Assembly (NCBI GenBank): GCA_044892525.1
Contig: CM097888.1
Coordinates: forward strand, 58,342,001 to 58,406,000
Direction: 5' to 3'
From: Schmidtea polychroa
Taxonomy: Eukaryota
DNA: 64,000 bases
Shown here: in pieces, positions 22,281 through 33,638 of the stretch
Numbering within the stretch: position 1 is the first letter of the stretch
Layout of the letters: the number at the start of each line of letters is the position of its first letter
Notes under the pieces: generated by a model
The model's input: the letters and a program-made list of their open reading frames with translations, nothing else
What the model was told of the DNA's origin: nothing
Database searches by the model: none
Made by a program: the position numbers and the translations under genes

Positions 22281-23346
22281 TGAACCAAAGCGATTATTAT
22301 ATTTTTTTGTCTGGGAGATTGGGACTAACTAAAAGGGTGAATAAAAATAGAAAAATAAAATAAAAATTGAAAAACGCGCGCTAAATGTTAAAAATTTAAT
22401 CCGAGAGCAGCTGCGGATTTGAAGAAACCGTTTTTGGACTTCAAATCAGATGAGGAGTACTCATTGATATGAATTTTTCCCTAGCAAGTTATGAGGCACC
22501 CGAGTAAAGCGGCTAACCACCGGACTGTAGTGTCCAACAGATTATCAGCCAAAGGACTGATGATGCTGGATCACCCAATACAAATGAATTGGGCGCACTT
22601 ATTTTTGAGTTGCTAGCGGGACTTGATACAAAAACCCGGAAGGGTAGCGAGCGAGAGAGACCCAGTTACCTACACCGAGTATTAAGGAGCCCAGTGAAAC
22701 GGTTGTGAGATGCGAGTCAACCGGTAAAAGGACTCGTATTCAATAGGCAACCAAGATTGGACCAGTTGTGAGGCGGAGGACCGAAAGTCAACTGCATATC
22801 CAATTTCCTTTTATCTTCACTAGTCGGGTGATCTGGTTCATCACTTTTGAGAATCAAGATCGAGGCGATTAGGTATTTCCGTGTTTTTTAAATCCTGATA
22901 GATAGGATTCAACGTTCAGCTCTATAGCATAAAGAGAAAGCTTTGTGGTTATACCAGATGAAATCAAAACCAATGTTTAATGCTTGAGCTATAAGCTGAT
23001 TCATTCAGAGTTTAAACAGAAGCATCTTTAGTGTATGAAGGGTTGAGAATTTCTCCCCTTATGCCTTAACCGTCAATATTATATAATAATAACACTTTGA
23101 TTTTTTTTATCACCTGGATGCATTCATATCGTTTCTATCATTCCCTCGTCACGTATTATCTACTAAAATCGTGCAGTTCATTCTTCTAGGCTCTCTATTC
23201 TCAGTCATGCCCATCCTTGGAATTACTAATGTCTTCTCAGGATTCTTCCGAACTACAATCTCTACAATTTGACCACTCATACCCTTCAGCCTATTCCCTT
23301 TACTTGCGGATTCTACCAACTCATATTCCTGTTCCAACCTTGATCC

Positions 23347-23915
23347 TGATAATAAGACAATATACGCTGTGATTTATTTTCCTAAATGGTAATGCATGAA
23401 TAAATAATTAAGGAGAAAAGAGAACGTCAGATTCTTACGAAATTATTTTATTTATAATAATACTTCATACATATTATTAGGATTCTCATCCGTGAGAACA
23501 TCCGTTTTCAAATCACTAAATAATTCCATAAATTTTATTCAATAAATTATATACTCAAAAACTTGTCTCTTCTTAAATTTGTTATTCTAAGAATCTTTCA
23601 ACTTCCTCATATCCCCCTCCTTAAGAAATTTTTTAAGTTTTTCCACGTTTCTTTCAATCTTTTTACCATTCTCGTTTCTTAAAATATATCGTCTGTCATG
23701 CACTTTCTCGATCACTTTATATGGTCCCTCATATCTGTCCTGGCTTTTGTTGCGTGTTTCTACTTTTACTAACACATCTTCACCTATTTCAAATTTCCTC
23801 CTTGTTTGTTCTTGTTCTTTCTATACCTATTTTTCTTTTGACCCGTACCATTTCTCCCTGCTAATCTTTTTTCCAAAAACTATCTCTGCGGGCTTTTTGG
23901 AAATAGTGTATGAAA
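23347..23915 (-). mobile_element. Gypsy-type integrase C-terminal remnant plus PPT plus ~260-bp LTR-like segment (repeated in every unit)
   Basis: KPAEIVFGKKI..KFEIGEDVLVK..DRYEGPYKVIEK (GPY/F motif), then PPT AAGGAGGGGGA and TGAGG...TTATCA. Confidence 0.75.
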
Positions 23916-23999
23916 TCACAATGGACGAGAGGAGAATTAGCCGATCTTGGTCCCGTCACCAGGACTGGACGCGAGCCAGGACCCGGCATAGGTTAAAGC

Positions 24000-24240
24000 A
24001 GAACCCATAAATGACGAGCTGTACGAAGTTTACATACAAGTTAGGCAAGGGGTAAATGTGACAGTGACCCTGACTACGCTGCATGGAAGCCCAACTTTGT
24101 GTCATAGAACTCGGAAATCCTACTGAGGAAGCAGAAGCGGAGTGAGACATGACTGGGCTAATCAACGGGACTTACTACGTGACAAGGCAGACACCACCCC
24201 AGAAGCACGGACGCCCCCGAAAATACCTTAAAAGGGGATG
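24000..24240 (+). mobile_element. 3' end of a second retroelement, opposite orientation (repeated in every unit)
   Basis: Ends ..PPQKHGRPRKYLKRG* (AT-hook-like GRPRK), overlapping the PPT-like AAAAGGGGA followed by TG at 24239. Confidence 0.45.
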
Positions 24241-24739
24241 AACTCCCAATGGAAATTGCATTGACTCGTGTTAATCCTCGACGTCATTTAGATTTTTATT
24301 TCGTTATCTACCTAACAATATTAGTTTTATCGTTTCTTTTCGTTATTTACTTAATAATATCAATTAGATATTTGAAATTAAATTTTATATAATTTATTTA
24401 TTCATTATTACTTATATATTATTTTTTATTATTAAACGTAAGATTTACAATCCAGGATAAGGTTCGCATCGCGTGTGTTTAGTTTATTATTATTTATAAA
24501 TTGTTTTATTAGATAAATTGTACTAATTGTGTTGAAGGTCAAATAATTTAATTCTTATATCTAATTTCATCCTTCAGAGTTTTAAAGGTTATGAATTTTA
24601 TATTTTAATATGTATTAATGAAATCTTTACAAAATTATAGATAGAAAAGTAATAAGGAAATTTATTTTCATTTTAATATTTAATCTATTAATGTAATTTT
24701 TGATTATTACAATCAATTTATTTTAGGTTTCTAATTGAC

Positions 24740-25531
24740 ATGAGTCAAATTGAATTTAAACAGACTTTAAAATTATCCAAAAATATTTTAGTAATTACTG
24801 GTGCTGGAATTAGTGCTGATAGTGGCATTCCGACATTTCGTGGTTCTCGAGCTCTTCAATGGAGAAATTATGAATCATCTAGCCTTGCTACATTATCAAT
24901 GTTTTTGAAAAATCCGTCTCTTGTTTGGGAATTTTATCATTTTCGTCGCGAAATCTGTTTGAAAGCCAATCCCAATGCTGCTCATATTGCATTATCGAAA
25001 TTTGAGATGAAATGTAAAAATGAAAATAAACAATTCTCACTTATCACACAAAATGTTGACGGTCTTCATCGACGAGCCGGTTCGGAAAATATAATTCCTA
25101 TTCACGGTGAGATATTTGAAACGAAATGTATGAAATGTAAGGATGTGAAAGAAAATTTCAATAGTCCTATTTGTGAAGGATTGCGAGATAAGGGGGATCC
25201 TAACTCGGATGAAAACTCTCATATTCCCGAGGAAAGTCTTCCTCGATGTGAATCTTGTCGGGGATTGTTACGCCCAAATGTTGTTTGGTTTGGTGAAAAT
25301 CTGCGCATTGATAATTTAGAAAAATCATATGACGCAATCAATAAATGTGACTTGTGCATTGTAGTTGGAACTTCTGGAATAGTGAATCCGGTCGCTTCGT
25401 TCCCATATCAAGTAATTGATAGAGGCATTCCCGTTGCTGAGTTCAATGTTGAATCGACCGATATTTCAGACAAAGTTAAATATTTTTTTAGAGGCGCTGC
25501 TTCGTCCATATTGCCTTCATTGCTTGAATAA
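24740..25531 (+). CDS. SIRT5: NAD-dependent deacylase, class III sirtuin (SIRT5-like), copy 1
   Basis: GAGISADSGIPTFRG, WEFYHFRR (Y66/R69 correspond to human Y102/R105), QNVDGLH, catalytic H122, CxxC..CxxC, RPNVVWFGE; intronless 263 aa. Confidence 0.95.
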   Translation: MSQIEFKQTLKLSKNILVITGAGISADSGIPTFRGSRALQWRNYESSSLATLSMFLKNPSLVWEFYHFRREICLKANPNAAHIALSKFEMKCKNENKQFSLITQNVDGLHRRAGSENIIPIHGEIFETKCMKCKDVKENFNSPICEGLRDKGDPNSDENSHIPEESLPRCESCRGLLRPNVVWFGENLRIDNLEKSYDAINKCDLCIVVGTSGIVNPVASFPYQVIDRGIPVAEFNVESTDISDKVKYFFRGAASSILPSLLE

Positions 25532-28500
25532 TTTTTCATTATTGATTACTATTTTTATTGAATAACCAGTTTCCTTAAATGATTATTTTAAACAACTGTC
25601 TTGACTATATTTAGACATTTATTTTTTAATTTGGAGAATTTTTAACTAATAATAACTATGTATACCGTATATAATATTTCCATAGCATTTATATATAATA
25701 TTTGCCGATTATGGATACAAGAGTAGTACTTAAAAAAAGTATCAAGTCAATTTGTGATGGCCAACATATTATTTACACTTTGTGTAATAAAATAGCAAAT
25801 GCATGTGCGCGTTTTTTTAGTTTCTTGGCACTTTAATCAACTTTAGGCTTGGAATAGGTTGACTGTGCCCATTTCTCTTTCAAGCGCGTGCCCTCGGTAA
25901 CTTTATTGTATCGACGTCCATTTCTAAATTCTGAGGACCTTACATCATTCCCCGTTATCAACTGTTTATTGTAAGTCAGGTTAAGGTTTGTCAGATTTCA
26001 AGTACAGTCGGTTTAACCTTTGTGAGACGTCAGAATATATTACAATAAGGTAATTTATAGATTGTGAATATCATACTAAAATTTCTCGTTTCTCCTTCCT
26101 TGTTGGTCACCTTTATCTGATACTTCAGTTAGTGTTTTAGTCAACTGGTATTGATCCTACCTCTACATTATCATTATCAGCCTGAGACTGACATGATTGA
26201 AGAGTCATGAGAGAAACAAAAAAATTTACTCCAAGACAAATTAAAAAATTAATAATTCTTCGTTGAGTTTATTGTAATTGTTGATATCGTCTGGAAATCA
26301 TTTTACGGTGTTTGAGGAAATATATTCAACGTTTAGTACCTGAAGTCCAAATTTAGTTTACGAAGTTGAATTATTGCTTGAAAGGGTTGTCGCCGTAGTC
26401 GTTGTGTTTTACTGGAGTTGCTTTTCTTGGTACGCTTTCGGTCGGGGTCGGCACTAGTTGATACAACTATCTTGGGAACCATCCATTCAATTGTAATATG
26501 ATGACAGCAGTTTACAAAAGAATATTTAAAATCATTGGCTGACGCATTTAGTTATCATTAATGGGTAGAATAGATATATAGTCATTTAAATGGATTTTGT
26601 TAAATAAAATGGAATTCTTGTGTTTAAATATCGATGATTAAGGATTCAATTATAATATTATATAGAAATTTGATAATTTCTTCAATGGTTTTCCAATTTT
26701 TTTCATCCAATAAGAATTATTTTCTTAACAATTGAAAGATGAATATCATCAAACGTTTTACTGTTATTCTAGGAAATACTTATTTTACCTAAGGATACAA
26801 CTCAAGAAAAGAATACATATTTTTTTCTAAATATTTCATTCGTCAATGACATAGTTGACTTCAAGATTTTGAAAAAGCGTAAACACACTCGCATTCCAAT
26901 TCGTATTCTGGACATTGAGGCTGGTTAATCATCAACAATCGAATAAGTTAAAGTCAATTCAACGTTATGCTCTATACCATAAAGAGAAAGCTTTGTGGTT
27001 ATACCAGATGAAATCAAAACCAATGTTTAATGCTTGAGCTATAAGCTAATTCGTTCAGAGTTTAAACAGAAGCATCTTTAGTGTATGAAGGGTTGAGAAT
27101 TTCTCCCCTTATGCCTTAGCCGTCAATGTTATATAATAATAACACTTTGATTTTTTTTATCACCTGGATGCATTCATATCGTTTCTATCATTCCCTCGTC
27201 ACGTATTATCTACTAAAATCGTGCAGTTCATTCTTCTAGGCTCTCTATTTTCAGTCATGCCCATCCTTGGAATTACTAATGTCTTCTCAGGATTCTTCCG
27301 AACTACAATCTCTACAATTTGACCACTCATACCCTTCAGCCTATTCCCTTTACTTGCGGATTCTACCAACTCATATTCCTGTTCCAACCTTGATCCTGAT
27401 AATAAGACAATATACGTTGTGATTTATTTTCCTAAATGGTAATGCATGAATAAATAATTAAGGAGAAAAGAGAACGTCAGATTCTTACGAAATTATTTTA
27501 TTTATAATAATACTTCATACATATTATTAGGATTCTCATCCGTGAGAACATCCGTTTTCAAATCACTAAATAATTCCATAAATTTTATTCAATAAATTAT
27601 ATACTCAAAAACTTGTCTCTTCTTAAATTTGTTATTCTAAGAATCTTTCAACTTCCTCATATCCTCCTCCTTAAGAAATTTTTTAAGTTTTTCCACGTTT
27701 CTTTCAATCTTTTTACCATTCTCGTTTCTTAAAATATATCGTCTGTCATGCACTTTCTCGATCACTTTATATGGTCCCTCATATCTGTCCTGGCTTTTGT
27801 TGCGTGTTTCTACTTTTACTAACACATCTTCACCTATTTCAAATTTCCTCCTTGTTTGTTCTTCTTGTTCTTTCTATACCTATTTTTCTTTTGAACCGTA
27901 CCATTTCTCCCTGCTAATCTTTTTTCCAAAAACTATCTCTGCGGGCTTTTTGGAAATAGTGTATGAAATCACAATGGACGAGAGGAGAATTAGCCGATCT
28001 TGGTCCCGTCACCAGGACTGGACGCGAGCCAGGACCCGGCATAGGTTAAAGCAGAACCCATAAATGACGAGCTGTACGAAGTTTACATACAAGTTAGGCA
28101 AGGGGTAAATGTGACAGTGACCCTGACTACGCTGCATGGAAGCCCAACTTTGTGTCATAGAACTCGGAAATCCTACTGAGGGAGCAGAAGCGGAGTGAGA
28201 CATGACTGGGCTAATCAACGGGACTTACTACGTGACAAGGCAGACACCACCCCAGAAGCACGGACGCCCCCGAAAATACCTTAAAAGGGGATGAACTCCC
28301 AATGGAAATTGCATTGACTCGTGTTAATCCTCGACGTCATTTAGATTTTTGTTTCGTTATCTACCTAACAATATTAGTTTTATCGTTTCTTTTCGTTATT
28401 TACTTAATAATATCAATTAGATATTTGAAATTAAATTTTATATAATTTATTTATTCATTATTACTTATACATTATTTTTTATTATTAAACGTAAGATTTA

Positions 28501-28792
28501 CAATCCAGGATAAGGTTCGCATCGCGTGTGTTTAGTTTATTATTATTTATAAATTGTTTTATTAGATAAATTGTACTAATTGTGTTGAAGGTCAAATAAT
28601 TTAATTCTTATATCTAATTTCATCCTTCAGAGTTTTAAAGGTTATGAATTTTATATTTTAATATGTATTAATGAAATCTTTACAAAATTATAGATAGAAA
28701 AGTAATAAGGAAATGTATTTTCATTTTAATATTTAATCTATTAATGTAATTTTTGATTATTACAATCAATTTATTTTAGGTTTCTAATTGAC

Positions 28793-29584
28793 ATGAGTCA
28801 AATTGAATTTAAACAGACTTTAAAATTATCCAAAAATATTTTAGTAATTACTGGTGCTGGAATTAGTGCTGATAGTGGCATTCCGACATTTCGTGGTTCT
28901 CGAGCTCTTCAATGGAGAAATTATGAATCATCTAGCCTTGCTACATTATCAATGTTTTTGAAAAATCCGTCTCTTGTTTGGGAATTTTATCATTTTCGTC
29001 GCGAAATCTGTTTGAAAGCCAATCCCAATGCTGCTCATATTGCATTATCGAAATTTGAGATGAAATGTAAAAATGAAAATAAACAATTCTCACTTATCAC
29101 ACAAAATGTTGACGGTCTTCATCGACGAGCCGGTTCGGAAAATATAATTCCTATTCACGGTGAGATATTTGAAACGAAATGTATGAAATGTAAGGATGTG
29201 AAAGAAAATTTCAATAGTCCTATTTGTGAAGGATTGCGAGATAAGGGGGATCCTAACTCGGATGAAAACTCTCATATTCCCGAGGAAAGTCTTCCTCGAT
29301 GTGAATCTTGTCGGGGATTGTTACGCCCAAATGTTGTTTGGTTTGGTGAAAATCTGCGCATTGATAATTTAGAAAAATCATATGACGCAATCAATAAATG
29401 TGACTTGTGCATTGTAGTTGGAACTTCTGGAATAGTGAATCCGGTCGCTTCGTTCCCATATCAAGTAATTGATAGAGGCATTCCCGTTGCTGAGTTCAAT
29501 GTTGAATCGACCGATATTTCAGACAAAGTTAAATATTTTTTTAGAGGCGCTGCTTCGTCCATATTGCCTTCATTGCTTGAATAA
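28793..29584 (+). CDS. SIRT5: SIRT5-like sirtuin, copy 2
   Basis: Protein identical to copy 1. Confidence 0.95.
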   Translation: MSQIEFKQTLKLSKNILVITGAGISADSGIPTFRGSRALQWRNYESSSLATLSMFLKNPSLVWEFYHFRREICLKANPNAAHIALSKFEMKCKNENKQFSLITQNVDGLHRRAGSENIIPIHGEIFETKCMKCKDVKENFNSPICEGLRDKGDPNSDENSHIPEESLPRCESCRGLLRPNVVWFGENLRIDNLEKSYDAINKCDLCIVVGTSGIVNPVASFPYQVIDRGIPVAEFNVESTDISDKVKYFFRGAASSILPSLLE

Positions 29585-32500
29585 TTTTTCATTATTGATT
29601 ACTATTTTTATTGAATAACCAGTTTCCTTAAATGATTATTTTAAACAACTGTCTTGACTATATTTAGACATTTATTTTTTAATTTGGAGAATTTTTAACT
29701 AATAATAACTATGTATACCGTATATAATATTTCCATAGCATTTATATATAATATTTGCCGATTATGGATACAAGAGTAGTACTTAAAAAAAGTATCAAGT
29801 CAATTTGTGATGGCCAACATATTATTTACACTTTGTGTAATAAAATAGCAAATGCATGTGCGCGTTTTTTTAGTTTTTTGGCACTTTAATCAACTTTAGG
29901 CTTGGAATAGGTTGACTGTGCCCATTTCTCTTTCAAGCGCGTGCCCTCGGTAACTTTATTGTATCGACGTCCATTTCTAAATTCTGAGGACCTTACATCA
30001 TTCCCCGTTATCAACTGTTTATTGTAAGTCAGGTTAAGGTTTGTCAGATTTCAAGTACAGTCGGTTTAACCTTTGTGAGACGTCAGAATATATTACAATA
30101 AGGTAATTTATAGATTGTGAATATCATACTAAAATTTCTCGTTTCTCCTTCCTTGTTGGTCACCTTTATCTGATACTTCAGTTAGTGTTTTAGTCAACTG
30201 GTATTGATCCTACCTCTACATTATCATTATCAGCCTGAGACTGACATGATTGAAGAGTCATGAGAGAAACAAAAAAATTTACTCCAAGACAAATTAAAAA
30301 ATTAATAATTCTTCGTTGAGTTTATTGTAATTGTTGATATCGTCTGGAAATCATTTTACGGTGTTTGAGGAAATATATTCAACGTTTAGTACCTGAAGTC
30401 CAAATTTAGTTTACGAAGTTGAATTATTGCTTGAAAGGGTTGTCGCCGTAGTCGTTGTGTTTTACTGGAGTTGCTTTTCTTGGTACGCTTTCGGTCGGGG
30501 TCGGCACTAGTTGATACAACTATCTTGGGAACCATCCATTCAATTGTAATATGATGACAGCAGTTTACAAAAGAATATTTAAAATCATTGGCTGACGCAT
30601 TTAGTTATCATTAATGGGTAGAATAGATATATAGTCATTTAAATGGATTTTGTTAAATAAAATGGAATTCTTGTGTTTAAATATCGATGATTAAGGATTC
30701 AATTATAATATTATATAGAAATTTGATAATTTCTTCAATGGTTTTCCAATTTTTTTCATCCAATAAGAATTATTTTCTTAACAATTGAAAGATGAATATC
30801 ATCAAACGTTTTACTGTTATTCTAGGAAATACTTATTTTACCTAAGGATACAACTCAAGAAAAGAATACATATTTTTTTCTAAATATTTCATTCGTCAAT
30901 GACATAGTTGACTTCAAGATTTTGAAAAAGCGTAAACACACTCGCATTCCAATTCGTATTCTGGACATTGAGGCTGGTTAATCATCAACAATCGAATAAG
31001 TTAAAGTCAATTCAACGTTATGCTCTATACCATAAAGAGAAAGCTTTGTGGTTATACCAGATGAAATCAAAACCAATGTTTAATGCTTGAGCTATAAGCT
31101 AATTCGTTCAGAGTTTAAACAGAAGCATCTTTAGTGTATGAAGGGTTGAGAATTTCTCCCCTTATGCCTTAGCCGTCAATGTTATATAATAATAACACTT
31201 TGATTTTTTTTTATCACCTGGATGCATTCATATCGTTTCTATCATTCCCTCGTCACGTATTATCTACTAAAATCGTGCAGTTCATTCTTCTAGGCTCTCT
31301 ATTTTCAGTCATGCCCATCCTTGGAATTACTAATGTCTTCTCAGGATTCTTCCGAACTACAATCTCTACAATTTGACCACTCATACCCTTCAGCCTATTC
31401 CCTTTACTTGCGGATTCTACCAACTCATATTCCTGTTCCAACCTTGATCCTGATAATAAGACAATATACGTTGTGATTTATTTTCCTAAATGGTAATGCA
31501 TGAATAAATAATTAAGGAGAAAAGAGAACGTCAGATTCTTACGAAATTATTTTATTTATAATAATACTTCATACATATTATTAGGATTCTCATCCGTGAG
31601 AACATCCGTTTTCAAATCACTAAATAATTCCATAAATTTTATTCAATAAATTATATACTCAAAAACTTGTCTCTTCTTAAATTTGTTATTCTAAGAATCT
31701 TTCAACTTCCTCATATCCTCCTCCTTAAGAAATTTTTTAAGTTTTTCCACGTTTCTTTCAATCTTTTTACCATTCTCGTTTCTTAAAATATATCGTCTGT
31801 CATGCACTTTCTCGATCACTTTATATGGTCCCTCATATCTGTCCTGGCTTTTGTTGCGTGTTTCTACTTTTACTAACACATCTTCACCTATTTCAAATTT
31901 CCTCCTTGTTTGTTCTTCTTGTTCTTTCTATACCTATTTTTCTTTTGAACCGTACCATTTCTCCCTGCTAATCTTTTTTCCAAAAACTATCTCTGCGGGC
32001 TTTTTGGAAATAGTGTATGAAATCACAATGGACGAGAGGAGAATTAGCCGATCTTGGTCCCGTCACCAGGACTGGACGCGAGCCAGGACCCGGCATAGGT
32101 TAAAGCAGAACCCATAAATGACGAGCTGTACGAAGTTTACATACAAGTTAGGCAAGGGGTAAATGTGACAGTGACCCTGACTACGCTGCATGGAAGCCCA
32201 ACTTTGTGTCATAGAACTCGGAAATCCTACTGAGGGAGCAGAAGCGGAGTGAGACATGACTGGGCTAATCAACGGGACTTACTACGTGACAAGGCAGACA
32301 CCACCCCAGAAGCACGGACGCCCCCGAAAATACCTTAAAAGGGGATGAACTCCCAATGGAAATTGCATTGACTCGTGTTAATCCTCGACGTCATTTAGAT
32401 TTTTGTTTCGTTATCTACCTAACAATATTAGTTTTATCGTTTCTTTTCGTTATTTACTTAATAATATCAATTAGATATTTGAAATTAAATTTTATATAAT

Positions 32501-32846
32501 TTATTTATTCATTATTACTTATACATTATTTTTTATTATTAAACGTAAGATTTACAATCCAGGATAAGGTTCGCATCGCGTGTTATTAGTTTATTATCAT
32601 TTATAAATTGTTTTATTAGATAAATTGTACTAATTGTGTTGAAGGTCAAATAATTTAATTCTTATATCTAATTTCATCCTTCAGAGTTTTAAAGGTTATG
32701 AATTTTATATTTTAATATGTATTAATGAAATCTTTACAAAATTATAGATAGAAAAGTAATAAGGAAATGTATTTTCATTTTAATATTTAATCTATTAATG
32801 TAATTTTTGATTATTACAATCAATTTATTTTAGGTTTCTAATTGAC

Positions 32847-33638
32847 ATGAGTCAAATTGAATTTAAACAGACTTTAAAATTATCCAAAAATATTTTAGTA
32901 ATTACTGGTGCTGGAATTAGTGCTGATAGTGGCATTCCGACATTTCGTGGTTCTCGAGCTCTTCAATGGAGAAATTATGAATCATCTAGCCTTGCTACAT
33001 TATCAATGTTTTTGAAAAATCCGTCTCTTGTTTGGGAATTTTATCATTTTCGTCGCGAAATCTGTTTGAAAGCCAATCCCAATGCTGCTCATATTGCATT
33101 ATCGAAATTTGAGATGAAATGTGAAAATGAAAATAAACAATTCTCACTTATCACACAAAATGTTGACGGTCTTCATCGACGAGCCGGTTCGGAAAATATA
33201 ATTCCTATTCACGGTGAGATATTTGAAACGAAATGTATGAAATGTAAGGATGTGAAAGAAAATTTCAATAGTCCTATTTGTGAAGGATTGCGAGATAAGG
33301 GGGATCCTAACTCGGATGAAAACTCTCATATTCCCGAGGAAAGTCTTCCTCGATGTGAATCTTGTCGGGGATTGTTACGCCCAAATGTTGTTTGGTTTGG
33401 TGAAAATCTGCGCATTGATAATTTAGAAAAATCATATGACGCAATCAATAAATGTGACTTGTGCATTGTAGTTGGAACTTCTGGAATAGTGAATCCGGTC
33501 GCTTCGTTCCCATATCAAGTAATTGATAGAGGCATTCCCGTTGCTGAGTTCAATGTTGAATCGACCGATATTTCAGACAAAGTTAAATATTTTTTTAGAG
33601 GCGCTGCTTCGTCCATATTGCCTTCATTGCTTGAATAA
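32847..33638 (+). CDS. SIRT5: SIRT5-like sirtuin, copy 3 (K93E)
   Basis: One substitution versus copy 1. Confidence 0.95.
   Translation: MSQIEFKQTLKLSKNILVITGAGISADSGIPTFRGSRALQWRNYESSSLATLSMFLKNPSLVWEFYHFRREICLKANPNAAHIALSKFEMKCENENKQFSLITQNVDGLHRRAGSENIIPIHGEIFETKCMKCKDVKENFNSPICEGLRDKGDPNSDENSHIPEESLPRCESCRGLLRPNVVWFGENLRIDNLEKSYDAINKCDLCIVVGTSGIVNPVASFPYQVIDRGIPVAEFNVESTDISDKVKYFFRGAASSILPSLLE

Noticed and set aside
22555-22790. Hammerhead ribozyme cores (CTGATGA at ~22558, 45875, 51651, 57316; CTGACGA at ~22205)
   Set aside because: No stem II followed by GAAA and stem III at a workable spacing around any of them.
24740-25531. Bacterial CobB horizontal transfer to explain the intronless sirtuin
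   Set aside because: The insert between the Zn-binding pairs (NFNSPICEGLRDKGDP..IPEESLPRC) aligns with animal SIRT5, and the base composition matches the host.
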